The notes: generated by a model from the letters alone, not told the origin. Counted from the stretch's first letter, positions 15,757-23,922 are shown. The stretch: DNA of 32,000 bases from Mycobacterium malmoense (GCF_019645855.1 NZ_CP080999.1:3989270-4021269), one strand, 5' to 3'. Translations and numbers: made by a program.

Positions 15757-17639
15757 TGACCGCGACCGTCACCCGTCAGCTGCTGCGCATCGCCACCGCG
15801 GGTTCGGTGGACGACGGCAAGAGCACCCTGATCGGGCGGCTGCTGCACGACACCGACAGCCTACCGCTGGACCACCTGGAAGCCGTCACCGACGAAGACG
15901 GCGTCGCCGACCTGGCGGCGCTGTCCGACGGTCTGCGGGCCGAACGCGAACAGGGCATCACGATCGACGTCGCCTACCGCTTCTTTTCCACCGACGCCCG
16001 CGGCTACATCCTGGCCGACACTCCGGGCCACGAGCGCTACACCCGCAACATGTTCACCGGCGCCTCCAACGCGCATGTGGCCATCCTGCTGGTCGACGCG
16101 CGCGCCGGGGTGCTGCGACAGACCCGCAGACACGCGCGCATCGCAAAGCTGTTGGGCATCAAGCACTTTGTCGCAACGGTGAACAAGATCGACCTCATCG
16201 ACTTCGACCGGGCCAAGTTCGCCGACGTGGAAGACCAGCTGCGCCGGTTGGCGGCGCGCCTCGGCGACGTGGACATCACGGTGATCCCCATCGCGGCCAA
16301 GCACGGGGACAACGTCGTGCACCGCTCCGACCGCACGCCGTGGTACGGCGGGCCCACGCTGCTGGAGTACCTGGAAAGTGTCGAACTGGCCGCGCCGCAG
16401 GCCGAGGCGTCGCGGCTGCGGTTGCCGGTGCAGTGGGTGTCGCGGCCGACCGCCAACGTGCGTCGCCGCTACACGGGGCGGCTCGCGGCGGGAACGCTGC
16501 GCGTCGGCGATCCGGTGGTTTCGCTGCCCGCCGGCACCCGCTCGACGGTGACCGCGCTGGACACCCTCGACGACGAGCGCGCGACGGCCGTTGCGCCCCT
16601 GTCCGTTTCGATCGAGCTGGCCGACGACATCGACGTGGGCCGCGGCGACGTGCTGGTCAACGGTGCCGACGACGCGACCTGGCCGGTGCAGGCCCGAGAG
16701 CTCGACGCGACCGTGTGCTGGTTCGTCGACTCGCCGCTGCGCGCCGGCGACCGGCTGGCGCTCAAACAAACCACCAAGACGGTCCGGGCAACCGTGCAGG
16801 AGCTACACACGCGGCTGGATCCGGAAACGCTCGACGAGCTCGACAGTCCAGTCGAGTTGGCGCTCAACGACATCGGCACCGTGACCCTGCGAACCAGCTC
16901 CGTCGTCATCGCCGACACTTACGCCGACAACCGCGACAGCGGCGCGTTCATCCTGATCAACGAAACCACCAACGACACCGTCGGCGCCGGCACCATCATT
17001 GAGGCGCGGGAGGTCAAGCCGGGCACGCACCCACGCACCGACATCCGCTGGCATCCCTCGGCGCTGGACCGTGGCCACCGGTGGCGGGCCATCGGACAGG
17101 CGGGCGCGACGATCTGGTTCACCGGCCTGCCCGCGTCCGGCAAGTCGACGATCGCGGTGGCCGTGGAGCGCGCGCTCGTCGAGTCGGGGCGGGTGGCCTA
17201 CCTGCTCGACGGCGACAACCTGCGCCACGGCCTGTCCGACGACCTGGGCTTTTCCCCCGGCGACCGCACCGAAAACATCAGGCGGGTAGGCCATTTGACC
17301 CGACTGCTGGCCGACGCGGGCGTGGTCGCGCTGGCGTCGCTGGTGTCGCCGCTCAAGTCCGACCGCGAGACCGCCCGCGCCCTCAACGACGCCGCCAGGC
17401 TGCCCTTCATCGAGGTGCACGTCGCCACGTCGCTGGCCGAATGCGAAAAGCGGGACCCCAAGGGCCTCTACGCGCGCGCCCGCAGCGGCGAACTCAAAGG
17501 GCTGACCGGTGTCGACGCGCCCTATGAGCCACCCGACAATCCGGACCTCGTGCTCGACACCACCGGCGCCGACATCGACGGTCTCGCCGCGCAAGTCATC
17601 GCCCTGCTCAACGAACGCAGTCCCCGCCGACAGAGCTAG
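15756..17639 (+). CDS. cysNC: Bifunctional sulfate adenylyltransferase subunit 1 / adenylylsulfate (APS) kinase
   Basis: The true start is ATG 15756 (TGATG overlap with the cysD stop), inside track ORF 15570..17639. GTPase motifs AGSVDDGKSTLIGRLL, DTPGHERY and NKIDL. C-terminal APS kinase P-loop WFTGLPASGKSTIA and DGDNLRHGL. Confidence 0.95.
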   Translation: MTATVTRQLLRIATAGSVDDGKSTLIGRLLHDTDSLPLDHLEAVTDEDGVADLAALSDGLRAEREQGITIDVAYRFFSTDARGYILADTPGHERYTRNMFTGASNAHVAILLVDARAGVLRQTRRHARIAKLLGIKHFVATVNKIDLIDFDRAKFADVEDQLRRLAARLGDVDITVIPIAAKHGDNVVHRSDRTPWYGGPTLLEYLESVELAAPQAEASRLRLPVQWVSRPTANVRRRYTGRLAAGTLRVGDPVVSLPAGTRSTVTALDTLDDERATAVAPLSVSIELADDIDVGRGDVLVNGADDATWPVQARELDATVCWFVDSPLRAGDRLALKQTTKTVRATVQELHTRLDPETLDELDSPVELALNDIGTVTLRTSSVVIADTYADNRDSGAFILINETTNDTVGAGTIIEAREVKPGTHPRTDIRWHPSALDRGHRWRAIGQAGATIWFTGLPASGKSTIAVAVERALVESGRVAYLLDGDNLRHGLSDDLGFSPGDRTENIRRVGHLTRLLADAGVVALASLVSPLKSDRETARALNDAARLPFIEVHVATSLAECEKRDPKGLYARARSGELKGLTGVDAPYEPPDNPDLVLDTTGADIDGLAAQVIALLNERSPRRQS

Positions 17640-17752
17640 GTCGACGGTCGCGACCCGCTGCGCCCGGCGACGCCACGCTTGCGATCGCTCCTAAATTCAG
17701 CGCGAGCAAATCACTTGGTCGCCGGGAGCGGCCACGCAACCATTGCGTCGTG

Positions 17753-17881
17753 ATTGATACGGGCACACCGCAGTGGCGGGGTTGGCTTGAACGGGTCGGT
17801 GACGACTGGTTGGCGACGCTGCTGGCCGGTGTGATCGTCGCATTGGCGGTCGCCAATGCGCTCCCCAAGATCCCGTGGTGA
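17753..17881 (+). CDS. Candidate small membrane protein (42 aa, single TM helix)
   Basis: Below the track length cut-off. TTG start; product (M/L)[41 protein letters not shown]. 34 of 42 codons end in G or C (hand count), which is coding-like. The stop lies 4 nt before the in-frame GTG 17886 of the next gene. It could instead be a frameshifted N-terminal extension of that gene. Confidence 0.3.
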   Translation: MDTGTPQWRGWLERVGDDWLATLLAGVIVALAVANALPKIPW

Positions 17882-19004
17882 TGGCGTGAGCACCGCCAGC
17901 GTCGAACCCGACGAAAAGTCCGCTGAAGCGGCCTTCACCAGCAGCCGCGCACTCGACTACGCGCCGGGCATTCTGCTGCTGATCGCGGTGGGCGTGCTGG
18001 GCAAGTACGCCCAGATCTGGTGGAACACCCTGGCCAAACACCACCACTGGACCGTTCCCGACATCGAATATGTCTTGTGGGCCATCGTGATTGGGCTGCT
18101 CATCACCAACACCGTCGGCCTGCATCCGATATTCCGGGCGGGCGTGCTGACCTACCAATTTTGGCTCAAGGTCGGAATCGTGGCGCTGGGTTCGCGATTC
18201 GTGCTCGGCGACATAGCTAAACTCGGCGGCGTCAGCCTGGTCCAGATTCTGGTGGACATGGCGGTCGCGGGCACCATCATCCTGGTCGTCGCACGGGTAT
18301 TCGGGCTATCGGGCAAGCTGGGCTCGCTGCTGGCGATAGGGACCTCGGTCTGCGGGGTGTCCGCCATCGTGGCCGCCAAGGGTGCGATCCGGGCCCGCAA
18401 CGCCGACGTCAGCTACGCGATCGCGGCGATCCTGGCCTTGGGCGCGGTGGGGCTGTTCGTGTTGCCGCCGTTGGGGCATGCCATCGGCCTCACCGACTAC
18501 GAATTCGGCCTGTGGGCCGGCCTGTCGGTGGACAACACGGCGGAAACCACCGCCACCGGCTACCTGTTTTCCGACCCCGCCGGCAAGATCGCCGTGCTGG
18601 TCAAGTCGACCCGCAACGCGCTCATCGGGTTCGTCGTCCTGGGTTTCGCGCTGTTTTGGGCGGCGCGCGGGCAAGCCGACGAGATCGCGCCCGGCGCAAC
18701 GGCCAAGGCCGCCTTCATCTGGGAGAAATTCCCGAAATTCGTGCTCGGCTTCCTGGCGGTGTCGGCGATCGCGACCGCCGGCTGGCTGAGCAAGGGACAA
18801 ACCGCCAACCTGGCCAACGTGTCGAAGTGGGCGTTCCTGTTGACCTTCGCCGGCGTCGGGCTCACCACCGACATCCGCCAAATCGCGCGCACCGGGTGGC
18901 GCCCGCTCGTCGTCGCGATCATCGGGCTCACCGTCGTCGCATCGGTCTCCCTGGGTCTCGTCCTGCTCACCTCGCGCGTGTTCCATTGGGGCCTAAGCAC
19001 CTAA
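17856..19004 (+). CDS. YeiH/UPF0324 family membrane protein (annotated in databases as a putative sulfate exporter family transporter)
   Basis: 382 aa from ATG 17856 (alternative start GTG 17886). Polytopic. [15 protein letters not shown] and [18 protein letters not shown] correspond to E. coli YeiH LIGAGSSICGAAAVLA and GIYIGSTVHEVAQVVAAG. Confidence 0.8.
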   Translation: MRSPRSRGDGVSTASVEPDEKSAEAAFTSSRALDYAPGILLLIAVGVLGKYAQIWWNTLAKHHHWTVPDIEYVLWAIVIGLLITNTVGLHPIFRAGVLTYQFWLKVGIVALGSRFVLGDIAKLGGVSLVQILVDMAVAGTIILVVARVFGLSGKLGSLLAIGTSVCGVSAIVAAKGAIRARNADVSYAIAAILALGAVGLFVLPPLGHAIGLTDYEFGLWAGLSVDNTAETTATGYLFSDPAGKIAVLVKSTRNALIGFVVLGFALFWAARGQADEIAPGATAKAAFIWEKFPKFVLGFLAVSAIATAGWLSKGQTANLANVSKWAFLLTFAGVGLTTDIRQIARTGWRPLVVAIIGLTVVASVSLGLVLLTSRVFHWGLST

Positions 19005-19058
19005 CGGCACCGCCAAGGCCGTCCTGCGGACCAACGCCAAGGCGGTAACCTGGCGCCC

Positions 19059-19184
19059 ATGCAAAACTCGTCCATCGTCTCCCTGCTGCGCGAACGCGCC
19101 GGCCTGCCGCCCGACGATTTAGCGTTCGGCGACACCGATCACGGGCGGGGCTGGCGGCGGGGATTCGCCCCGCTGGACGCCTGA
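19059..19184 (+). pseudogene. Relic of the N-terminus of a fatty acyl-AMP ligase (FAAL, FadD-like), 41 codons then a stop
   Basis: Below the track cut-off. MQNSSIVSLLRERAGLPPDDLAFGDTDHGRGW... resembles mycobacterial FAAL N-termini (pattern S-hydrophobic-x-x-hydrophobic-LRERA-x-x-x-P-x-D-x-A-F/L-x-F-x-D-Y-x-x-x-W, for example FadD23/25/28). The frame then ends at TGA 19182-19184, about 530 codons short of a full enzyme. Confidence 0.45.
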
Positions 19185-19216
19185 GCGGGCCGGCGCGCCC
19201 GCACCCCACGTTTGCC

Positions 19217-19867
19217 ATGTTGATCACCATCCTGGTGATGGCCGTCGCCGTGAGCCTCGAACCGTTCCGGATCGGCATGACGGTGCTGATGCTGAACAGG
19301 CCCAGGCCCATGCTGCAACTGCTCGCGTTCCTGTGCGGCGGTTTCGCGATGGGAACGACCGTCGGCCTGGTCGTCCTGTTCGTCCTGCGACGCCGACTGC
19401 TGGGGTCGACGTACTTCACGTTGCCCAGGGTCCAAATCTTCATCGGCGTGCTGGCGCTGTTGGTCGCGGCCGTGCTCGTCGTGAAACCCGCCGCCCCCCG
19501 CGGTGGCGGGCCGGGGAAGCTCACGACGTGGACCCGACGGCTGCTGAACGGGCATTCGTTGTGGGTCGCGGGAGTGGCCGGGCTGGGAATCGCGCTGCCG
19601 TCGGTGGATTATCTGGCCGCGCTGGCCGTCATTCTGGCGTCCGGCGCCGCGGCCATGACACAGGTCGGCGCGCTACTGGTGTTCAACGTCGTGGCCTTCG
19701 CGCTGGTGGAGATCCCGCTCCTTGCCTACCTGCTGGCGCCCCGGACGACGCGCACGTGGATGACGGCCGTGCACGACTGGATCCGGTCGCGTCGCCGCAT
19801 CGAGGTGGCCGCCCTGCTGGCCGGGGTCGGCTGCGTCCTGCTCACGGTGGGCTCGGCCGCTCTGTGA
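19217..19867 (+). CDS. GAP family integral membrane protein (DUF2910 / SfLAP family, Sap-like)
   Basis: 216 aa with about 6 TM segments. N-terminus MLITILVMAVAVSLEPFRIGMTVLMLNRPRPMLQLLAFLCGGFAMG and C-terminal WIRSRRRIEVAALLAGVGCVLL fit my recollection of the GAP/SfLAP family pattern. The family call is from memory. Confidence 0.6.
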   Translation: MLITILVMAVAVSLEPFRIGMTVLMLNRPRPMLQLLAFLCGGFAMGTTVGLVVLFVLRRRLLGSTYFTLPRVQIFIGVLALLVAAVLVVKPAAPRGGGPGKLTTWTRRLLNGHSLWVAGVAGLGIALPSVDYLAALAVILASGAAAMTQVGALLVFNVVAFALVEIPLLAYLLAPRTTRTWMTAVHDWIRSRRRIEVAALLAGVGCVLLTVGSAAL

Positions 19868-19879
19868 CGATTCGCGCGA

Positions 19880-21190
19880 TCATCCCGTCCCCCGGCTGAC
19901 GGCGCGGTCGCCGTTGTCGCGCGGCACGCGCGCGGCGTCCTGCGGCGCGTCGGATCTCAACAGCGGCCAGCCTTTACGCAGCACGTAGTCGAGCCAGGCG
20001 CCGGCGAACTGCGAGGTGAGCACGGCCGCGACCACCAGCGTGGTGTAGAACTTCGAGCTGATGATGCCGGCGTCGAACGCGACGCTGGCCAGCACGATGC
20101 CCGGGCCGCCGCGGGCGTTGGTGGTGATCCCGAGGTTGATCAGATCGAGGCCCCGGAAACCGGCGAGCCGCCCGGCGAGCGCGACCGACAACATTTTGAC
20201 CACGCAGGTGCCGACGATGAAGATGGCCATCATCGGCAACGACACGCCCCGGATGAGGTCCAGCTTCAGACCGACGATCGCGAAGTAGACCGGAATGAAG
20301 AAGGCGAAGGACACCTTGCTGATCGCCCCGATGGAGTCCTCGAAGAGTCCGCGTTCGTTGTCGACGAGGGCAAAGCCGGCGAGGAACGCGGCGAACACCA
20401 GGTTGACGTCGAGCGCTCCGGCGACCGCGCAGTAGGCGAGCAACACCGCGATCGCGTAGCCGGTGGGCGAATGCCGCGCCAAAGCGTTCCAGCGAGCCTT
20501 GTTGATGCGCTTGACGGCGCGGGGGACAAGCGTAAGTCCGAGAACGAAATAAGCCACCGTCACCAGCAGGTGCAACGACATCAGCCACGGATTCAGATGC
20601 GACTTCGCCGCGATGGAGGTCGCGATCGCCAGCGCGAGCCACAGCACGATGTCCTCAAGCACGGCGACGCCGAGGATGAGGCGCGCGAAGCGCGTGTCCA
20701 GGATCTTCAGGTCGGCAAAGATTTTCGACACCACCGGCACCGAAGTGACGGCGACGCCCACCGCCAGAATGATGATCAGCGACACGCGGTTACCGTGCGG
20801 TCCGGCCAGGCTGGGACGAATGAGATGGGGCCCGAAGGTCAGCCCGAGCAAGAACGGTATGCCGGTCCCGACGACGACGAGCCAACTCACGGTCCGGCGC
20901 TCCCCCCGGCCGAACAGCTGCTGCACCTCGGCGCCGGAAACGAACATCAGCAGCAGGAGCCCGAGCCAGTAGACGAAACTGAGGATCTGGCTGTTGTGTC
21001 TGGCGGTGCCCATGAGGTGCTCGACGAACGGCAGCCGGCCCAGCAGCGCCGGGCCGAGCGCGATGCCGGCCAGGATCTCCCCCACGACCTTCGGCTGACC
21101 GAGCTTCACGAATAGATATCCCAGCAATTGGGCCAGGCCGACCAGCACAAAAAGCACGAATATGACCGCAGTCAATTGAGCGTTCGACAC
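19880..21190 (-). CDS. Cation:proton antiporter (CPA2 / Na+/H+ exchanger family)
   Basis: 436 aa with GTG start at 21190-21188. N-terminus LGYLFVKLGQPKVVGEILAGIALGPALLG is the classical Na_H_exchanger opening motif. Polytopic throughout. Confidence 0.85.
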   Translation of the reverse strand: MSNAQLTAVIFVLFVLVGLAQLLGYLFVKLGQPKVVGEILAGIALGPALLGRLPFVEHLMGTARHNSQILSFVYWLGLLLLMFVSGAEVQQLFGRGERRTVSWLVVVGTGIPFLLGLTFGPHLIRPSLAGPHGNRVSLIIILAVGVAVTSVPVVSKIFADLKILDTRFARLILGVAVLEDIVLWLALAIATSIAAKSHLNPWLMSLHLLVTVAYFVLGLTLVPRAVKRINKARWNALARHSPTGYAIAVLLAYCAVAGALDVNLVFAAFLAGFALVDNERGLFEDSIGAISKVSFAFFIPVYFAIVGLKLDLIRGVSLPMMAIFIVGTCVVKMLSVALAGRLAGFRGLDLINLGITTNARGGPGIVLASVAFDAGIISSKFYTTLVVAAVLTSQFAGAWLDYVLRKGWPLLRSDAPQDAARVPRDNGDRAVSRGTG

Positions 21191-22197
21191 TAGACACTCC
21201 TCAATTTATTGGGGACGTTCCGGCCGGCGCCGCCATGGCCGAGGACCCATCGTTGGTACAGCTGGTAGGCGAGCGTCAGCGCTCCTGCCCCGATGGCGAC
21301 GGAGAGGGGGTATTGGATGCTGGGCAAACCGATGACAAGCGGAAGCAGCCCGATCGCCAATGCGGGCGGCAGGTGAAGTTTCAGGAGGCGCAGCACGACG
21401 ATGCCGGCGACCATTGCACAGGCGGCCGCGGTACCGCCGCTTCCGAAGAGGCTCACGGCGACCCATCCCGCGACCGACGTCAGAAAACACGCGGCGGGCA
21501 GGGCCAACGGCTTCCCCGCCCAGGGACATGTCGTGGGGTGGGCGAACATCTCGTAGGCGATGACGATCAGCGGCGGGAACAGGACCAATCGCAGTCCGGA
21601 CGCCGTGGCGCCGAACGCCATCGCCGTCAAAAACGCGAAATACGGCAGGACCCATAAGTTCCCGGTCGGGAGCGTCTCGAGAATGTCGTCGATGTTCGCG
21701 GCCAAAGCCACTCCGGTCGCCGCGTACTTTCGCCGGCAATGCCGTTGCCAGGGCACGAGGATCAGCACCAACACCGCCAGGCTCAGCGCTATGGAAGCGG
21801 GGTAGAGCCAGCTTTTGATGCCCAGGAAGAGCGGCAGCGCGCCGGCCGCGATCGCCGGGGCGATATTCGACTTGAGCAGGGCCAATAGCAGCACGCATAC
21901 GCAGACCACGACCAGAATGGCCGGCACCCCGAAGCGAAGCTCCCGGGTGATCGACGTGCCGACGACCGCCGCGAGGGCCGGCGTCACGATAAGCCGCCCC
22001 GGCTGACTCGCCCACTTTCCCCACGGTCGGGTCAACACGTCGTGCGAAAGCGCCGCGAGCCCGGGGAAGAACAGGTAGTCCCAGCCGTGACACTGCGCTG
22101 CCACCACGACATAAAGCACGGCTACGGCCTCCATGAGGAGGCGCTCGCGGAGTGCCAGACTTCGCTCAGCCATAGACCCTGGCGTCCTTAGCGTCAT
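21190..22197 (-). CDS. Polytopic membrane protein with internal duplication, possibly a tandem HPP-like domain
   Basis: 335 aa (alternative starts at 22173 and 22134). Its stop TAG (21192-21190) overlaps the GTG of the antiporter by 1 nt. The two halves align by eye: ...LLALLKSNIAPAIAAGALPLFLGIKSWLYPASIA... versus ...VLRLLKLHLPPALAIGLLPLVIGLPSIQYPLSVA.... The family assignment is weak. Confidence 0.6.
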   Translation of the reverse strand: MTLRTPGSMAERSLALRERLLMEAVAVLYVVVAAQCHGWDYLFFPGLAALSHDVLTRPWGKWASQPGRLIVTPALAAVVGTSITRELRFGVPAILVVVCVCVLLLALLKSNIAPAIAAGALPLFLGIKSWLYPASIALSLAVLVLILVPWQRHCRRKYAATGVALAANIDDILETLPTGNLWVLPYFAFLTAMAFGATASGLRLVLFPPLIVIAYEMFAHPTTCPWAGKPLALPAACFLTSVAGWVAVSLFGSGGTAAACAMVAGIVVLRLLKLHLPPALAIGLLPLVIGLPSIQYPLSVAIGAGALTLAYQLYQRWVLGHGGAGRNVPNKLRSV

Positions 22198-22315
22198 GCC
22201 GCGGGCCTTCGCTCTGGCACCGAGGCTGCGGTCGCGGTGTCGAGTCTGCGTTCACGGCTGGCTTTTTCGCCCGTCGTCGCCGTCACTACAGGCTCGGCAG
22301 CCTCGGCGCCTCAGT

Positions 22316-23227
22316 TCAGAGGCTTTCGCCTGTTTCGAGCCAGTGGGCGCAGTCGTTGCCGAGTTGGTCCAGGGCGGTGGTGTCGAAGCGGTGGACTTGT
22401 TGGGGGGTCAGTTCGTTGCGGTGGTCGCGTTTGAGTCCTTTGTGAAAAAACGCTTTGGCACTCGACATGTGCGCCCCGCCAAAGGGCGCCATCTTTTCCG
22501 CCCGCGCGCTCATGTACTCAAACGAGCAATGCTCGGCGATGACATCCATGCGCAGCGACGCCGCGTCGATGGAGAAAAACTCCGCCAACCGTACGATCTG
22601 AGCCCGCAGATCGTTTTTGAGCTGCTGATAATGCAACAACAACACGTTAGGCTCCTCACGCAGCGCCCACCACGACGCCATGATGTCGAGCAGATCACAA
22701 CACCCATACCCGTGGGTATCGAGCCAACGATCAAAAAACTCCTGCATATCCTCCGGAATCACCAACGGGGTCGGGTCCCCCGACCACTGGGCATGAATCC
22801 GATTAATCTGCTCCATCGTCTCCGGAGAGAAGTTGTACAGATAGTTGTGCAAACTGATGCCCAGGTCCTTGCCGTTGCGCCCGACAAACACATACCGGGC
22901 CTGCGGAGCGATCGGCAGCGCATCAGCGGGCAGATGCGACTTAATCACCCGACGCACCCCCGCCACACGCTGCTGCTCGAGCACCGCCAGCATCGAGGCA
23001 TGATCACCCCAACTGGAATCCAACCACGGCGAGGTATCCGATAAACCCCCCTCACTTTCCTGCCCATTATGCAAAATCTGCTGAACGATCCGCTGCGTCC
23101 ACGTCGTCCCCGCCTTAAACGGATCCGCAACAACAATATCCCCCTCAACAAAACCACCCGACGCCAAAAACCCCTCCCACACCAAAGAATCAGAAAGATA
23201 ATCCCTGAGTACCCTGGTGGGAGCCAT
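22316..23227 (-). CDS. PAPS-dependent sulfotransferase (Sulfotransfer_1 / cytosolic-type, mycobacterial Stf-like)
   Basis: Track ORF 22316..23341. The preferred start is ATG 23227 (MAPTRVLRDY...). 5'-PSB motif DPFKAGTTWTQRIVQQIL, catalytic His in VIKSHLP, and a 3'-PB-like FFHKGLKRDHRNELTPQQ. G+C is visibly lower than in the flanks. Confidence 0.85.
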   Translation of the reverse strand: MAPTRVLRDYLSDSLVWEGFLASGGFVEGDIVVADPFKAGTTWTQRIVQQILHNGQESEGGLSDTSPWLDSSWGDHASMLAVLEQQRVAGVRRVIKSHLPADALPIAPQARYVFVGRNGKDLGISLHNYLYNFSPETMEQINRIHAQWSGDPTPLVIPEDMQEFFDRWLDTHGYGCCDLLDIMASWWALREEPNVLLLHYQQLKNDLRAQIVRLAEFFSIDAASLRMDVIAEHCSFEYMSARAEKMAPFGGAHMSSAKAFFHKGLKRDHRNELTPQQVHRFDTTALDQLGNDCAHWLETGESL

Positions 23228-23922
23228 TAATTGCTTATTCACAGTAAACTGCCTTTCTCTAAATGTCGCGCGTCCGAATACCCATTCGATGAACGAAAGT
23301 GCGTGCAAAGAAACCCAAAGAGAATTGCGGGACCCGGCCACGAATGACGCCCGGGGGCGTGATCCTTATCCGTGACGTCCGCGAGCCGGTTGTCCCCGCC
23401 GGAGAAGCCGATCGCGCTTGCTCGGTCCACGGGATCGACAGCGCCACCGTGGATTGCACGGCACCGAGTTGACGCTGTTGCCATACATATGCTAATTCCG
23501 GCCCGCGGACGTCATAAACGGCTATGAGCTGCGGTTTCTTGGTCAATGTCGATCCGTGTACCATCGCGCGCCGTCCTTGCGATGTCACCGATCGCCTCTC
23601 CACCTTTGTTTTACTCACCATGATTCTTAATGGCGATGATGGTGGACCAAGCTGACGACAGGCTGTGTGCTGCTTGAGTGTTTCCTGTTCCCCGCACCCG
23701 CTTCAGCGCCCCAACCGGCCCGGGCGCCCCGGCGTTATGGTTATGGCCGGGCTTCGGGCCTCCCGGCGCAACCCGCGTCGAGGACGGCTACCAGTAATGC
23801 CCGACGTGGCCCGGGATCCGGGCATCGATGCGGGCACCCTGGGTCAACTGGGTCACCAAGGCACCGAACATCAAGGGAAGCAAGGTCTTTCGACGGATGA
23901 CGGGTTGGTTGAACGTGATGCG

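Noticed and set aside
15644-17002. 452-aa plus-strand ORF, plus minus-strand ORFs 15861..16769 and 16803..17594, inside cysNC
   Set aside because: These are shadow frames of cysNC with Arg/Pro/Gly-rich products and no motifs.
17646-17655. Palindrome GGTCGCGACC just after the cysNC stop, considered as a terminator
   Set aside because: It is a 10-bp loop-less palindrome without a T-tract, which is likely to arise by chance in 68% G+C DNA.
23259-23621. 120-aa minus-strand ORF upstream of the sulfotransferase
   Set aside because: It has no recognisable family and mixed codon bias, and it runs into the sulfotransferase 5' region in a different frame. It is kept only as part of the unassigned-region finding.
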